A stretch of DNA of 51,373 bases from Chromera velia (taxonomy: Eukaryota), in NCBI GenBank assembly GCA_018398765.1, contig JAHBMJ010000290.1, forward strand, positions 1-51,373, in the 5' to 3' direction. Position numbers and translations under genes: made by a program. Positions 10,136 through 23,720 of the stretch are shown here, piece by piece. The notes beneath the pieces were generated by a model. The model did no database searches, was not told the DNA's origin, and saw only the letters and a program-made list of their open reading frames with translations. The stretch's first letter is position 1. Each line of letters starts with the position of its first letter.

Positions 10136-13100
10136 TCATTCGCCCTGGCCATCGTCACTGCTGTCTATGATAACAAGAGAGTCAGGCTGAGAAGCGAGAC
10201 GGGAACTCCTGCGGCACGAGTTTGGTTCGTCCCTGTCCTTCTCGTTACTGGGATTCTTGTCTTTTCCTTCTTTATCCGCCCGATTTTTAGCGACTCTTTC
10301 TCCTCTTTCACCCGTTTGTACAGCATGGCCAGTCCCCTTTGCCGCTGCCGATGCCCGCGCTGCTGCTCTCCCTGGGGGCTTTCGAAGCGCCCTGGTAGCT
10401 GCGTTGAAGAGACCCTCACTTTCTCTCTCAAAATCAGCAACAACCGGGCCCTTCTGTCGGCTTGTTCCCGCTGTGGAACTGCGCTGAAAGTACGAAGAGA
10501 CTTTTCCTGTTTGGTCCCTTAGGCCGTTTTCTTGCTTCCCGTGCTTCAGCGCGGGAGCTCCCTTGTTCCCCCCTCGCCCCTGGGCATTCTCGTCTTTTTT
10601 CGGCTTTTTTGCGGGATTTCCACCATTCTTCCGCCCTTGTCCACCGCTGCGTGAGGAGGGAGCCGCAGGACGCTTCCGGACGGCTGCTGCTGCCGTGCAA
10701 TCACTGGAGCTCCCACGTTCTTCGTCATCTGAATTCAATGCAAGTTTTTTCTTTGCCGCCTCGTCTCTCTTCCTCTTTTTGGCATCTGCTGCTGCCTGAG
10801 CTGCCGCCTGCCGCTTTCGGAGCTTTTCGCTCTCTTTCGCCCTCTTGGTCTCCTCCCGCTCTCTTTCTCTCTCAAGCCGTCGTCTCTTTTGCTCCTCCAC
10901 ACTCTTCAGTTGGTGACAGACTCTGCAGTCAAGCAGGAAGAGTGCAAAAAAACTTTGCACACTTTAACGAGGTATATAGCTTCAATGTCAGGTTCAAAAA
11001 CATATGTTAGAGGAGGGGAAACCTCCACTGAAAGGTGAGCCTGCGCGAAATGTCTGTGCTGTTGTGTCAACACAAGAAGCTGTCGTATACAAAACGAAAG
11101 CAACAACTACGAGATCTCACAAACTGAATCCAACACAAACTATTCTGCATGACATACGTGCAAAGCGTCTGGAGATTCATTAGCCCACACTGGCCTCCTC
11201 CACAGCTGACGGGCTGGATATGGTCAGCGTGCCACGCCCTTCCCTCCGCAGGGCTCCTCACGAGGAGGGCCAAGAGCGCACGATGGAAGCGGAACCGTGG
11301 CGCTCTCTGGAGGACCAGTCGCTCTCTCTCCCTCACATCCCGGAGCCCTCTCAGGGCCTGGACAAGAGCGTGACAGTCCAACCCGCATTTGTTGCAGACG
11401 CCCTTCTCGAGCTGGAACAGCTGCATGCATGGTCAATTCAGACAGGAAGATCAGAGGGAATCAGATCAGAAAGAGTGCTTTCTTTCCCCTGTGAAAAAAA
11501 GAACCGTACCTCGGGCTGGTCTTGTTTTCTGTTGAATTCTTTCTTTTGCCGTTTGTCGGAGGAGAAAAAACAAAAGGACTTGGCCAAGGAAGAGGAAACG
11601 TAAACAGAAATTGGGCGTGACAAGACAAGTGCATTCTTTGAGAAAGATGGATAGAAATCAACATGTGCACCCCAATGCATCACCCCTCATCTGCCCCTTC
11701 CGTTTGACCCACCTGTCTCCGGATACTTCCAGCACTACGAGCAGCGAAGAACTCGGCCCTGCACGCCCCCGAACAAAACAGATCTTCCTCTGTCGCAACT
11801 ATCACTTCTGCCTGCCCATCCCCCTCACCATCTTTCACACCACTGCCCTCCCTACACCCAGGGCTACCGCCCTCGACCCAGGAAGGGTTATTGCACACCG
11901 ACACAGGTGCACTCGGGACAGCGCCCTCTTTCTCTTCAATGGACATCCCCCTCTCCTCATACTCTTCTGGTTCTGACTCATCAAAACGAAGCACAGACAG
12001 AGAACTCCCCCTTCTCTCTCGAGGGGGACTGGCCGAGGGGCTCTCTCCGAAGAAACGTGAACTTCGACGGCGCCCCCTGGAGGACAAAGAGAAAGAAGCC
12101 GACGGGGCTTCCGGGGGTTCTAAAATCATGACCGAGTCTGTCGATTCTCTTTTTCTGCTTTGCCGTCTCCCCGTCTCCAATAGAACCACAGAGGAAGAGG
12201 AGACGGAGGCAGACCTGGCCGACATCCGTGCTGCTGCTGCTGCTGCTGCTTCTTCCACCTTTTTCTCCCTTTCCCCTTCTCCTTCTGTATTCTTCTGACC
12301 AGCAGATTCTCCTCCGAGTGTCCTCATGCACTCAAGACACAGGGCCCCCCTGCCCCCCGCCCCAACTCCCTGCCGGAAACTCACCGCCCGGCCGAGACGG
12401 CTATAGTATACACTGACGGTGCGCCAAGAACATTCGGAGGGGAGACGGGCATCATCCTCTTCGTCCTGCGGTCTTCGAAATCGAACGAAACAGGCCCCCC
12501 CACCCCCTCTCTTGGACTCGTTCAGCTCCTCTGCGGCAGCTAGTGATGCTTCGAGAAGGGGGGGTCTGGAAGGTCTATCACGCAGACACCTTCTCTGATA
12601 GGGAGTCAGGACTTCCCATTCCTTCAAAAACCTTGCTGCAGCCTCACGAATCGCACGAGCCCCCCTGACTGCCTCCCGATCCCCCCCAAGACCTAGGTCC
12701 TCCCTCTCCTGCCCCCCCTCCACCTTCCCCTTCCCCTCTACTTCTTCGTCCTCCCTCCCACCCAAAAGCTCCTCAGGAAGGTATGAGACTCCTGCAGGCT
12801 TGGAGCCGTCTGGGAGGAGGTGGACGTGCACTCTCGTAGTGTAAGGAGAAACCTCAAACCAGAGGCCGTCGGGGGCAGTGACTGGGCTCTCAGCGCACTC
12901 AGAAGCACTTCCTGTCCCCCCATCCCCAAAGTCAATGGTCTCTCGTTCTGGTTCGACATCCATAAACCCAAATTCAACTCTAGTGCTTTCCTCTCCATCA
13001 TCTACACCCTGTCTAATTTCTGCATCTTCTGCACACTCTTCGAACGAAAACAAATCATTCTGGGGTTGCGTCTCGCAAAGCCAACGCTCATCTGGATCAT

Positions 13101-13772
13101 CAGGATACATCGAGGCAGCAGTGGTATCGGGAAGCACATCGACCTGAGTCGAGTAGACCTCTGCACCCCAATCCTTCGCAGCGACCGCCGCGGGCCCATC
13201 CGTCACGTCCGCCACTGCTTCTGCTGAGCGCATCAGCTTCTGGTAGGCGCTGCAGTCATACACATTGAAGCGCGCTGAACGTCAGGGACAGGAGAAATTC
13301 ATTACAGAGCAAAAACATGCACCGTCACAAAACATGCGGGGTCGCAGAAACGAAAGAGAATCAGCAGTCACAAAGAAATTTAAAAATCCTGCAAGCAGCT
13401 TGACTGTTCATATCTTAGCCAATCAAGCAAGAAAGTTTTGGAAAAAGCAGACTGACATGCCGTCAAAATTTCCCAGCTTCAGGAGCTCCTTGTTGAAAGA
13501 GCGTTGTGCTGCCGCAAGGGCGTCCTGAAGAATCTCTTCCGGCTTCTTTTGCCGCTCCTCTGCGTGAACGAATGGTTCCGACTGTGTCACAGTGTCTCTG
13601 CCTGTTTTAGCACCCTTGGCACTTACACGTTCCCTTCTCTCGTCTCCGTCTCCAGAGACTTTTTCTGAGACTCTTCTCTTCCCATACTGCCACCTCACAC
13701 TTCCACTCTTCTCCTCTGCGTCACCCGCCTGCAACGCCCTTCCTGCGAGAAAGTAGGTGTTTACAGACCTGC

Positions 13773-13807
<35 letters not shown>

Positions 13808-16800
13808 AAAGAAAGAAAGAAAGAAAGAAAAGAAAGGAAGGAAGGAAGCAAGGAATGAAGAAATGAATGGGGGAAGAAACGAAGAGAGGGAAGAAGAAAT
13901 GAAACAGAACCACAAAATTGCCATAAAGAAAAACAAAAAGACCCGCCCATTCATTCTTCATATTTCCTTTCCTCAATCGATCCATCAGTCAGAACAGTCT
14001 AGTCGCCCGGGGCGGCTTTCGTGTGTAGCCAATTCTATTCCATGTCCAATCAGAGGCTCAACCATAAACAGATGAGATCTGTTTGGATGCGAGTTTTTCC
14101 TTCCCGCATGACTGCCTGCCTTCCTGACGTATTTACTTACTGCGTCTGTCCTCTTCGGTGCATTCGTGCTTCTGCCTGCTGGAGCCATCCCGCATCCAGG
14201 GGCATCTCGAAGAAGAACCCAACGGAGGCCCCACTCAAATCCACACCCAGACTGCAGGCAGTGATCGACACCAGCGCCACACGACACACGCCTCCCCTGC
14301 CGCCAGACACACACACGGACGCGGAGGTAGGGGAAGGGGGCCCAGGGCTGTCCCCACGTGTGCTGACACTGCCAGAGCCGGAGACGGGCTCAGCGTTGAA
14401 GCGTCTGAAGAGGGCCTGCCGAGTGATGGGAGGGGTGCCTCCATCAACACGGATGTAAGAGGACTTCCACTCACTTGTCGCCAAAAGTTCCTGAAGGCAA
14501 GCAGGTGGTCAGATGGTTTTTTTTTGAATTCAGAGAAGAGCCGTCGATCGGAGAAGTAATGTTGCAGCGTGTAAGCAGTCTGGTCAGAGCTCGAAGAAGC
14601 CACTCCACAGAAGAAGGCAAAAGGATCAACGTGCGCCCTTCTTGACTTCACGACGTTTGGGATCGTCGAGAAACTCCACGAAAGTCTTCACGGGAGCCGT
14701 TTAACGAGAAGGTGGAAGGAACGCGAGAGAGTGGAAAAGAGGACAGACAACGAATGAAAGGGAAAGTGAATGCGAGTCAATTAAGAAAAGAAACCCACCT
14801 CAAGGCGGTCCATGACCCTCCGGTGATGCGCAAACAAAACAAACTTTGTGCCAGCCGGAGCCCCCTTCATTTTGTCCTGTACCCAATCCCACCCGCCCAT
14901 CACCTTACAAATAGCGCAACTCTCAGCGGAAGTCTTCACTGTTGCACGCTCCCGACACCACCATCGAACGGGAACGGCTGAATCAGAAAATGCAGGAGAA
15001 GAGAGAGACCTGTTGGGTTCACGAAATCCCTCCTTCTCAAACACGCCAGATGAAGCAGCAGAATGTCCACGCGCCCTCATACTGGCCGTTGAGGGGGCAG
15101 CACGACTACTTGCACTTTCGTGCTGCTGTGTACACCTGGAGCCCCCCCGTCCATCCTTTCTGGAGGCCCCAGCGGGCAGAGGCGCCGATTTCACTCCTCT
15201 TCTGTTTCCGTTCATCTCTTGCTTGGGCTGCCTCTTCCCAACCTCCGTTTTGGGCGGAGGGTTATACCCGATATCCGTCATGTCACCTTCCGACATTCTG
15301 GCTTTTTGTTCTTCTTCTTGTGTTCTCCCTGATGGGGGGCCTTTTTTCTTTCTCTTTTGGGTCTTCGGGGGCGGATTGTACCCTATGTCCGTCATAGAGT
15401 CCTCCTCCAAATCTCCCCCCCATTCCCCAACCTCCTCTTCATCCTCCTCCAAACCCAACGACCTCCTGAGTCTGCTGAGCTCCTCAGAGTGAAATCTCTC
15501 TGACTCGTCATACATCCAATCGGTCTCTCCGGGAAGACCATCACCACCCTCTTCAACCACCCCCGACCTGCTTGCTTGGCTGTTTGCACCCCCTTCATTT
15601 TCTCTCAGGAAGGAGACAACGGAGTTTCTTGTCAACAAACGGAGCAGTGCGCGTCTGTCAAGGGCAATTGGGACAATCTGACGACGCAGAGGAGGGAGCT
15701 CCCCCATGACGTCGCTCTTCAGTCTCCGGATCATCACGGCGCTCTTCAGGAGAAGGTGCAGCTCCCACGAACGCGAGCACGTCGAGGGCTGCCAGTGACC
15801 GAACGAAGTTGTCTTCATGTCGCAGTACTCCGAGGCAAACCTAAGTCATCGTGCGGGCAGGGAAGGGAGGTATGGTTGAGGGGAGAAACTAGACATATCA
15901 ACCAAAGGAGGGCGGAACGGACCTCATTTCTTCTCTCTCAGTGTGAGAGAAGAGCTGACCAAACAAAAGTCTCATTCTACATTCACTGTTCCTGCCTGCT
16001 CTTTGCCTTCTGTCCTGCAAACCTGCACCTTGAATCAAATAGGCAACAGAAACAAAGAGCCTCTGCCCTCCCTCATGCAGAAAGAAAAAAACGTCTGCAC
16101 TTCTGAAATACCCCAATCGCAAGCGGCTCCTTTCGAGTGCAGAACCACTGATGACCCCTGTAATAGCCTTCTCCCGACAGACCAACCTGTCTTTGCATGT
16201 AGACAGCATGCCCGGACGGAGGGTGTCCATCTGCATGCGCGTATACGTGAAACAAGGGAGCGACAAAGGCTGTCTGTCTGACACACAGATTGTAAGCAGA
16301 CAGGGAGGCATGGAGGCAGGGAGGAGGTGTCTCGAGAGATGAAGAAACACTTCAGAAAGCATTAAGTGCGAGAAGCTTTTTTTTGCGTGGGTGCATATGC
16401 TTACTTGATCTGAAATGCCAACGTGGTGTGCAGATTTTTCATGCACGGTTCCATGAATGGATTCGCGAGTGCCTTCAAAATGAAGTCACACGTCTCGCTC
16501 GTTTCTTTGTCAAACGCGCGAATAAAACAAAAAGGGCCAAAGCGACACAAACAAAGAGGGTACATGAAAAAGGGAGAGATGCAGGAGTGCACCCATCGGT
16601 CCGCACGCTCTTGCATCCTCCAGTCACGTTTGTGAAAGCCTTTTTGACAATTTCGCTTCACTCTCTTTTCCTTCCGCACACGACACCTGCAGGTGCCTCA
16701 AGCCCCTCCCGACCCCAGTGCAGAGACATAAGCAGCGCGACAGGCACGAATCCCATCAGGAAGTAGCAAACCCACCTGTGCGAACATGTCGAAAGGCTTC

Positions 16801-19081
16801 ACCACAGAGGGGGTGCCGGACAGCATCACACAGTGACGAGCTTTCCTTGCCAGCTCTGCTACAGCCTGCGTTAGTTTCGAATCCGGCCTGCATAGACATT
16901 GTCAGGAAAAGACGAGGGAAGCGTCTCACATTCGCCTTGCATACCGCAGCACACCTTCAAAAAATCAGCATACAAATCTACCCTTGCACATCTGCATATC
17001 TGCCGACTGCTGACTGCCCAGAAAGAAATCCGATCACTTTTCTGATCTGCGAATCCCATCTTTCTGTCTGCCAACTCTCTTATTCTGTCAAGCCGCTCAT
17101 GCATGATGAGCATCACTCTCTCTGGCCCCTCCATGACTGACTTTCCATAGACTGATCTCATCTTGTGTGACTCGTCAATGATGACAGTACGGAAGGGTCT
17201 CTTCAAGAGGCTCTCCTTGATTTGCCTGCAGGCAGACCACATCAGAGAGAGAACAGCGACGCAAATTAAGAGGGAGAGAAGAAGAAAGCCCCACGAGTCT
17301 GCATGGAATCAAGTGGACAGAACAGAACTGAGGAGGCAAACAATGAAGGCATAGAGCTAGACGGCAAACCTCATCTCAGAATACACAATTAAAGGAATAC
17401 ATGCGCAAAAAAAAGTCCAAGAAGAGGGAGGGAGTCTCTTCAATCTCCTTTTCTCGAGAGACTCTTCTGCACATGGACCCTACCCGAACGGAAAAGATAT
17501 GGAACATGTTGGTGATAACCTTCTCTCCTTATTTTTCCGAAGAAAAGAAAAGAAAAAAAAAGGAGAACGCACCTGCACATGTGGAACGATGTGATGATCA
17601 CGGCCACATTCTCGTCAGATGCAGGCCGATCGTTGTGTCCGAAGATCACACGGATATCTCGGGGGACAAAGAGCTCAGAGAGCCACCGCTCGACCTCCTC
17701 AGCCCAAACCGAACGCATAGAGGCAGGCACGACGATGAGAGCGGGGAATGCTCTCAGGGTTGCAAGAAGCGCAATCGCCTGCAAGGTTTTGCCCAGCCCC
17801 ATCTCGTCAGCAATCAGAGACCGCGACCCTCTCTGGAGAGAGTACAGCACCCCTTCCTTCTGGAATGCGAACAGTCGACTCTGCAGACCCAAAGGCATGC
17901 GCTCTCTCATCAACTGCACACAGGCTTCCTCACTCAGCCAGTTGCCTCCCTGATTCTCTCCAGTCTCCCCCGTCTCCTCTCGAGAGCGCCGCGAGGCTTT
18001 GTACTGCTCTTTGAAAAACCGAAATGTGTTTTCAGGAATTTTTCGAACCATTCCGTTCTTCTGCAGACAGACTTCTAAGGCAACTCGGACCGCCTCTTCG
18101 TAATCTTCAAGGAGAAAAACCGCTCCCCGAACGGGAAATCCCCACCCACCCTCCCCCTCCCTCTCCGAAATCCCCCCCCCTCGGGCCCTTGTGTGTTCCG
18201 CCTGGATGCCCTCACGGTCTAGAGAGGCGAGCAGCTCCTGAAGGAGGGCCTCCGAGTCCTTCCCGGGTTTGCAGAACACCCTGAAGGTCTCGCCGGACTC
18301 CATTTCCTGACACAAGGAGGACAAGGACACACGGTACAGACGATGACACAAGAAAGAGGCAAGGGAATTTTAAAGGGCAGAAAAGCCAGATGCGGTCTGA
18401 ATGGTGAAATCCCCAGCCAGTTCGACTGACGAAAATGACTTCTGGTAGGGGGTCACCGCTGCCTGTGAGGGCCTTTCGCAGCATCCGATGGAAGTTCTCT
18501 GGATTTCCTACCTGCATGTTGGGAGAGTGGCACATGTCCGTGCAGAGAGACAGAGAAGAGGGTGGGGAGACGGGAATAGGGAGAGACGGAAGAAGGAGCG
18601 ACCGGGTGACCGCACCAACCTTGATGGGAAGGGAAGAGGTGCAAGCAAGAAGGAACGACAAGGCGGGAGATGAGCTAAGGAGACGGAGCGGATGGATCAG
18701 AGCGAATGGAAAGTCAGGTGCTGGAGTGGGGGTGGGAGCGCGGAGACATCCACACGTAGACGGGAAGTGAAACGGGAAAGGAGTGTGCTTACATTGATCG
18801 CTGTCTTGCAGACGGGGTGTTTCAGGCATCCCAGGAACCATCCAAACTTCCCAGGCCTCTTCGTCAGAGTCTTTGCATTGCATCTCGGACAGTAGAATCT
18901 GCATGCACATTGGCAGGAGGGTCGGAGACGGATCTTCACGCAGTTACAATGTGTGGAAGGGGGCAAAGGGCAGCACTGACATCTGCACTGCAAGGGCCCA
19001 AGGATCTTCCACGGGAAGATTGGCTGCGACTGTGCTTTCAGGCGGACACGCAGTGCTAGGATCAGCAGACGAAGAAGCCAT
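10136..19081 (-). CDS. ZRANB3: ZRANB3-like SNF2-family annealing helicase / HNH endonuclease (multi-exon)
   Basis: SNF2 motifs FQKEGV, IADEMGLGKTLQAI, VIIDESHK, MLSGTP, MIRRLKSDV, FAHH, IRVDGGT, QAEARMHRRGQ. C-terminal HNH region EKGVCNKC..WHADHIQPVSCGGGQCGLMNLQTLC|VCHQLK. Exon 1 at 19081-18981, exon 2 at 18898-18793, stop TGA at 10136. Confidence 0.9.
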
Positions 19082-19320
19082 TTTCCCCAGCAGATCGACA
19101 AGATCACTCAACGATCGATCGACCGAATGTCATGTCAGAAAAGCTTGTCTTGCTCAGCAGTTCCGTCGAAAAATTCAACACGCACGTTTTTGGGACCATG
19201 CATTAATACCATCGCATCCATTGAACCAATGAAACCGAACCGAACCGAACGGACATGAAGGGACACTGCCCGGCCATGTCAACGCGGCCATTGAACCTCA
19301 TGCATGCAGATCAATCGAGA

Positions 19321-19392
19321 GGGGGGCCGATGGGGGGCCGGGGCGCGCGGGGGGGGGCCGGGGCACCGGCATGGCACCGGCCATTCAAATTC
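19321..19392. promoter_or_regulatory. GC-rich putative promoter element upstream of ZRANB3
   Basis: G-rich island about 250 bp upstream of the ATG with two GGCCGGGGC copies and TTCAAA; the motif is shared with 2808 and ~24629. Confidence 0.4.
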
Positions 19393-19512
19393 AGTCTGGT
19401 GGCGGAGATCGAACAACACGCCACACAACAATATATATGAAGTCTCTCAGTATCCAACACAATCTCCTCACCTAATTACACTAAGAACTTATCCGAACTT
19501 TCGTGAAAGTCT

Positions 19513-21064
19513 ATGAAAGTCCTGTCCTTCATCTGTATAGAGGGCAGAAAAAATGAGGGCAGGTTGAGAATGGAGAGCGGCTGCCTGCCTTCCCTGCTTC
19601 ACACAGATCTTGGAGACAGACAGAGCAGGCTCTGCACAAAACTGAGCACCCTCAATATTCGATGTTGTACAGACAAAGCAGATTTAAAGAGTTTGAGCGT
19701 GCTTTTCAGAGTGGACAGTCAGAGAGTGAAGGGCAGTAGAGTGATAATTTGAAATTAGAGATGGAAAGTGCGATGTTGGACTTGAACGGACTTAAACAAA
19801 TTTCTTTAAAAAAAAAAACCAGGCAGACAGTCAATGTAGCTCCATACGGTCTTTGTTTTTTGGCTGGCAGACACGTTATCTGCTTTTAGGGGGTTAGAGA
19901 ATGGATTGTAAAAAAGTTTATCTCTCCTTCGTAACTTTGCTTCTTTTTGTGGAAGACGATTTGCGAAGTTATCTCCTCAGGATACACTCTCGTACCTAAA
20001 ATTTTGAAGACTGATATTTTCTGAGGACCTAGATATTGAGCAGTGAAAGAGAATTTATCAGAAAGTCGGTGATGGGGATCTCGATGCGGTGAGACAGGTT
20101 TATCAAGTACCTGTGTTTTAACATGAAATTCCCATTCAATCATTTGTGGTCTTTCTCTTCTATCCTTCTGTCTATTGCAAGCCACAATTTTGATTGACAA
20201 AGAGGCGATAGAGGTCGAGCTCATAGAATACGAGTCGCTCTTATCTTACGTTGCGAAGGTTTTGTTCAAGATCTTGGCCTACCTGCTGGAGAGAGGCCTT
20301 GATCTTAATATTCGGTCGAGTGTCCAAGGAGATGAGACTCCTCTTTTCCGGGCCAGGGGAAGGGCCATCAGTCTTCTTGTTTGGGCAGTGGCGAACGAAA
20401 ACGCCCAAAATATTTTGGGAGAGACTGCCTTCACAGCGTCTGTCCTACGTGGTGACTACGAACAGGTCAGCCGTGAAAGAAAGGGAAGGGAGCCTTGTGT
20501 TGACTGTTTGAATCTTAATTAACTTCCTGGATACTCTAGAATAGGGGATAAAGACCCCACCGTCAAGTTGTGTGACACAAAACTTCCTCCTGGCTGTCCT
20601 ACTCAGAGTTTGCTTCCTTCATATGCAGGAAAAACAGATATACACTCAAAAAGGAAATCGAGCAGGAAAGGCTGGAATCTCTACACGATTGAAGTCTTAG
20701 AACTAGTATTCTGATGTATTCTGGTTGTACGCTCCCCAATGCACCCCTTCTCTTTGCACAGACTATTTGCGTTCACTCACTAAAGTGGGTACATCTTCTT
20801 AGGTGCAGGCGGATGAGTTCATTTCGATGAAGCTGAATGTCGGAGTGTGCAACGTGAGAAGACACTCAGCCCTTCTTCTGGCTACTGCCCTGCCTGGTGA
20901 GTTGGGGCAGCTGGCCGGAGAAGAACGCTTTTGGCAAACGTTTTTCCGGTTGTGTGAAAAGAGAGGAAGCAGACTGAGTTTCACTGCTATGATTGATGCA
21001 ATAGGGCGTCGGGGTGTCTCGTGCCTTCAGGTGGCTATGGAGGGGGGCAGAAACGAATTTGCAA
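19513..21064 (+). pseudogene. Degenerate ankyrin-repeat protein fragments
   Basis: Ankyrin-like peptides YLLERGLDLNI..GDETPLFRA, NAQNILGETAFTAS and GVSCLQVAMEGG in exon-like blocks ending in GTCAGC donors. Adjacent frames are broken by stops. Confidence 0.6.
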
Positions 21065-22771
21065 GGTCAGCTAACTTACCTATGTATGGGGAGGATATAA
21101 TAATAAAATTATGGTCAGACAAACACTTTTCTTGGAGGGAGGGAGGGAGGGAGAGAGGAAAGAAAGAAGGAAGGAAGGAAGGAAAGAAGGAAGGAAGGGA
21201 GGGAGGGAAAAAGGAAGAAAAGAAGGAAAGAAGGAGGAAAGGAAAAGAAAGAAGGAAGGAAAGAAGGAAGCAGGCAAGCAAGAAAGACGATAGAGAGAAG
21301 GTAGGAAAAAACAAGGAATAAAGGAAAGAAACAAATGACAGAGGTATGTAGAAAGAAGGAAAGATGCACCTCTAGTGGCAGAATTTAATTAAATGAGTGA
21401 TTAATTCATGTTTCTCCTCCTTGACCCTCTGCTTTCGCTTCAGGAAAGTTTTAACTCTCCATGTACAGCAACTCCTCAAACGATGCCAACTATGAAGACT
21501 GCAACTTGCAGTTTGCAGACGGACATCGAGCGGATCGTACACTTTGCAGTATACAAAACACAGTTCGCGGACATTTTGTCCGACCAAGGAGATACCAGGT
21601 TGGTCGGCTGGCCCTAGTCATAGTCAGCCGGGTGTAATTACATTTTTTCTTTCATACGCATACGTGCATAGACCCGCATACATTCATTTGTCTGGTGATC
21701 CCCATCATATGATGCCGACTTGCACACAATAGCATTTCATGGTGACCATCTTCGTGTAAAGTTTTGGTCTGGAGTTTTGGCTGTCCCGGCTGTCCGGCTT
21801 CCCGTGACTTCTTCACCAGGTATTTTTTTCCTCGACTCCTGTTTTTGAAGCTTAGGGCTTCCAAAAGCTACTGACTTCACGTATACCACAGAAAAGATAC
21901 AGGCTTGATTTAGTCCATTTAGCTTAGGTACGCAGAGGTGATTCTGTTGAACCATCAGTGAAAATGGATTGAATTTGAACAGATGGAGAAAGAAAAATAG
22001 AAAGCCATAAAGACATATAGAAAAAAGAGAAAAGGACAAAAACAAGAAAAAAAAAATGAATAGAAGAGTGTATGCTTTAGTTGCGTGCAGCTCTCAAATT
22101 AACCAGTCCAACGCCGCCCGCCCCCGCTTTTCAAGGGCCCCTCCGTCGATGTGTTGGGCCTCAGGAGTCCATGAACGTTCCAGGAAGGCCCGGGAGGGGA
22201 TAAAGGATGAGGGGAGCTCGACTAAGCTCGACAAGGCGAGTTAGACTCTCGAAGGAAAGGCTTTTCTGGGGATGGAGATTGCGGGCGCATACAGGGAGTT
22301 GGGCATGAACGAACACGGTCTGGTTAGTCAACACTGTGCATAGGTTGGTAGAACGGAGCTCCTACCTCTCTTCCTTTACCGTAGCTCTCCCAAACTTTGT
22401 ATCATTGCCTGCACATGCGCATATATTACGAAAATCACTGATATAATTGTGTGAACTCTCACCTTTCTTTCTTTTGTATATTCCTTCCATCCTGTCTTCT
22501 TTCATGTTTGTGCCTCTGCTGGATCCGTTGAGTTGGGATGACTTAGGATAACCAATGTGTGAACAACAAAAAGACCTGACCCTGTCGAATCGGATTTCCT
22601 TTTCCCCTTTCCTCTTGACCACTCAACCACTGGGAGGTGCGAAGGCAGCGAAGACGTCTCCATTGTTTTTCCAAATTAACACTGAGTCTCTGTGATTTCT
22701 CTTTTTCCCCTTTACATTCGTTTCACTTTTATCTCTAGATTGAATGAGTATTCTCTTTTCTGTGTGTTCAG

Positions 22772-23720
22772 CGAAGAATTGTTTATCGCATTGGAAAAGC
22801 TGACGAAGAAAAAGTTTGCATGCCATTGGCGGCTCCCAGTTTGCAAAGCACTCACCTTCAATGTCAGCAGAGAGATCCTCTGGCCAAGAGAAGGTCACAG
22901 AGCCCAAGATATCGGCAAGAGGCATGGGGAAGAATTCGGACCTCCCCCGCCCCATCCAGGACTTCTATCAGGCATGTGAAGGGCAGCTGCCGGATGAAAT
23001 CCTAAAGGTCTGTCTGTTTATCTGTTGGTTTGTGCGCCTAGTCTACCTGGCTGGCCGTGATGGTGCTTTCTTTCTTTGCCTTTGTTGTCCGTTCTCTGTT
23101 TGTTGGCTCTTTCTCCTATATGTATAAAAAAAGAAGAAAAAAGTAAGAGATGGACACAAACTAAAACAATGTGCAGTCCTTGTGTACGCAATGAATGATT
23201 ACCCAGGGCCTTCAAAGTTGTCTGTCCCTCTATGCGTTTCGTCGACTCAATTTGATTGGCATTTCTGTTTCTTTCCTTCACTTATGTTTTGCTTCGCTCA
23301 ATGCCAGGTTTTTCACCCTCATCCATTTAAGCTTGCAAGTAAATTTCTTTCGTCTGTCTTTCTCTTCAGTGCATATCCATCCAGGCCTGCAAACGATCTT
23401 CAGGAGAGGATTCGTTCAGCCTTTTCCCATCCAGATGCAGGCCATTCTGGTCCCTGATGGCAGGACGGGACCATATCAGGATTGCAGAGACAAAAAGTGG
23501 GAAAACGGTCGCGTATGTCCCGGTATGCCCTACCTCTGCTCCGCTATGCCCTTGCACAGCCCCACCTGAGGAACGGAGATGGCCCTATATTGAGCTTCAT
23601 CTGGGGTATGTACACCGGAATCCCGATTCAGGAGACTGTTCCAGCAATGAATTTTACTATTTCAAGGTTCCTTTGTACGTGTAGGTGAAGTATAGAAAAT
23701 ATGGCAAAGATGTCCGGATA
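22772..23720 (+). pseudogene. Unprocessed pseudogene fragment of a DEAD-box RNA helicase, PRP5/DDX46-like (DDX5/DBP2 not excluded)
   Basis: LPRPIQDFYQA..LPDEILK, then an intron (GTCTGT at 23008), then the Q-motif RRGFVQPFPIQMQAI, a frameshift, GRDHIRIAETKSGKTVAYV (damaged P-loop), a frameshift, LRYALAQPHLRNGDGPI. No DEAD motif or C-terminal domain follows. Confidence 0.85.

Noticed and set aside
11611..18284. Numerous + strand ORFs antisense to ZRANB3 exons
   Set aside because: Shadow ORFs of GC-rich coding sequence with no independent motifs.
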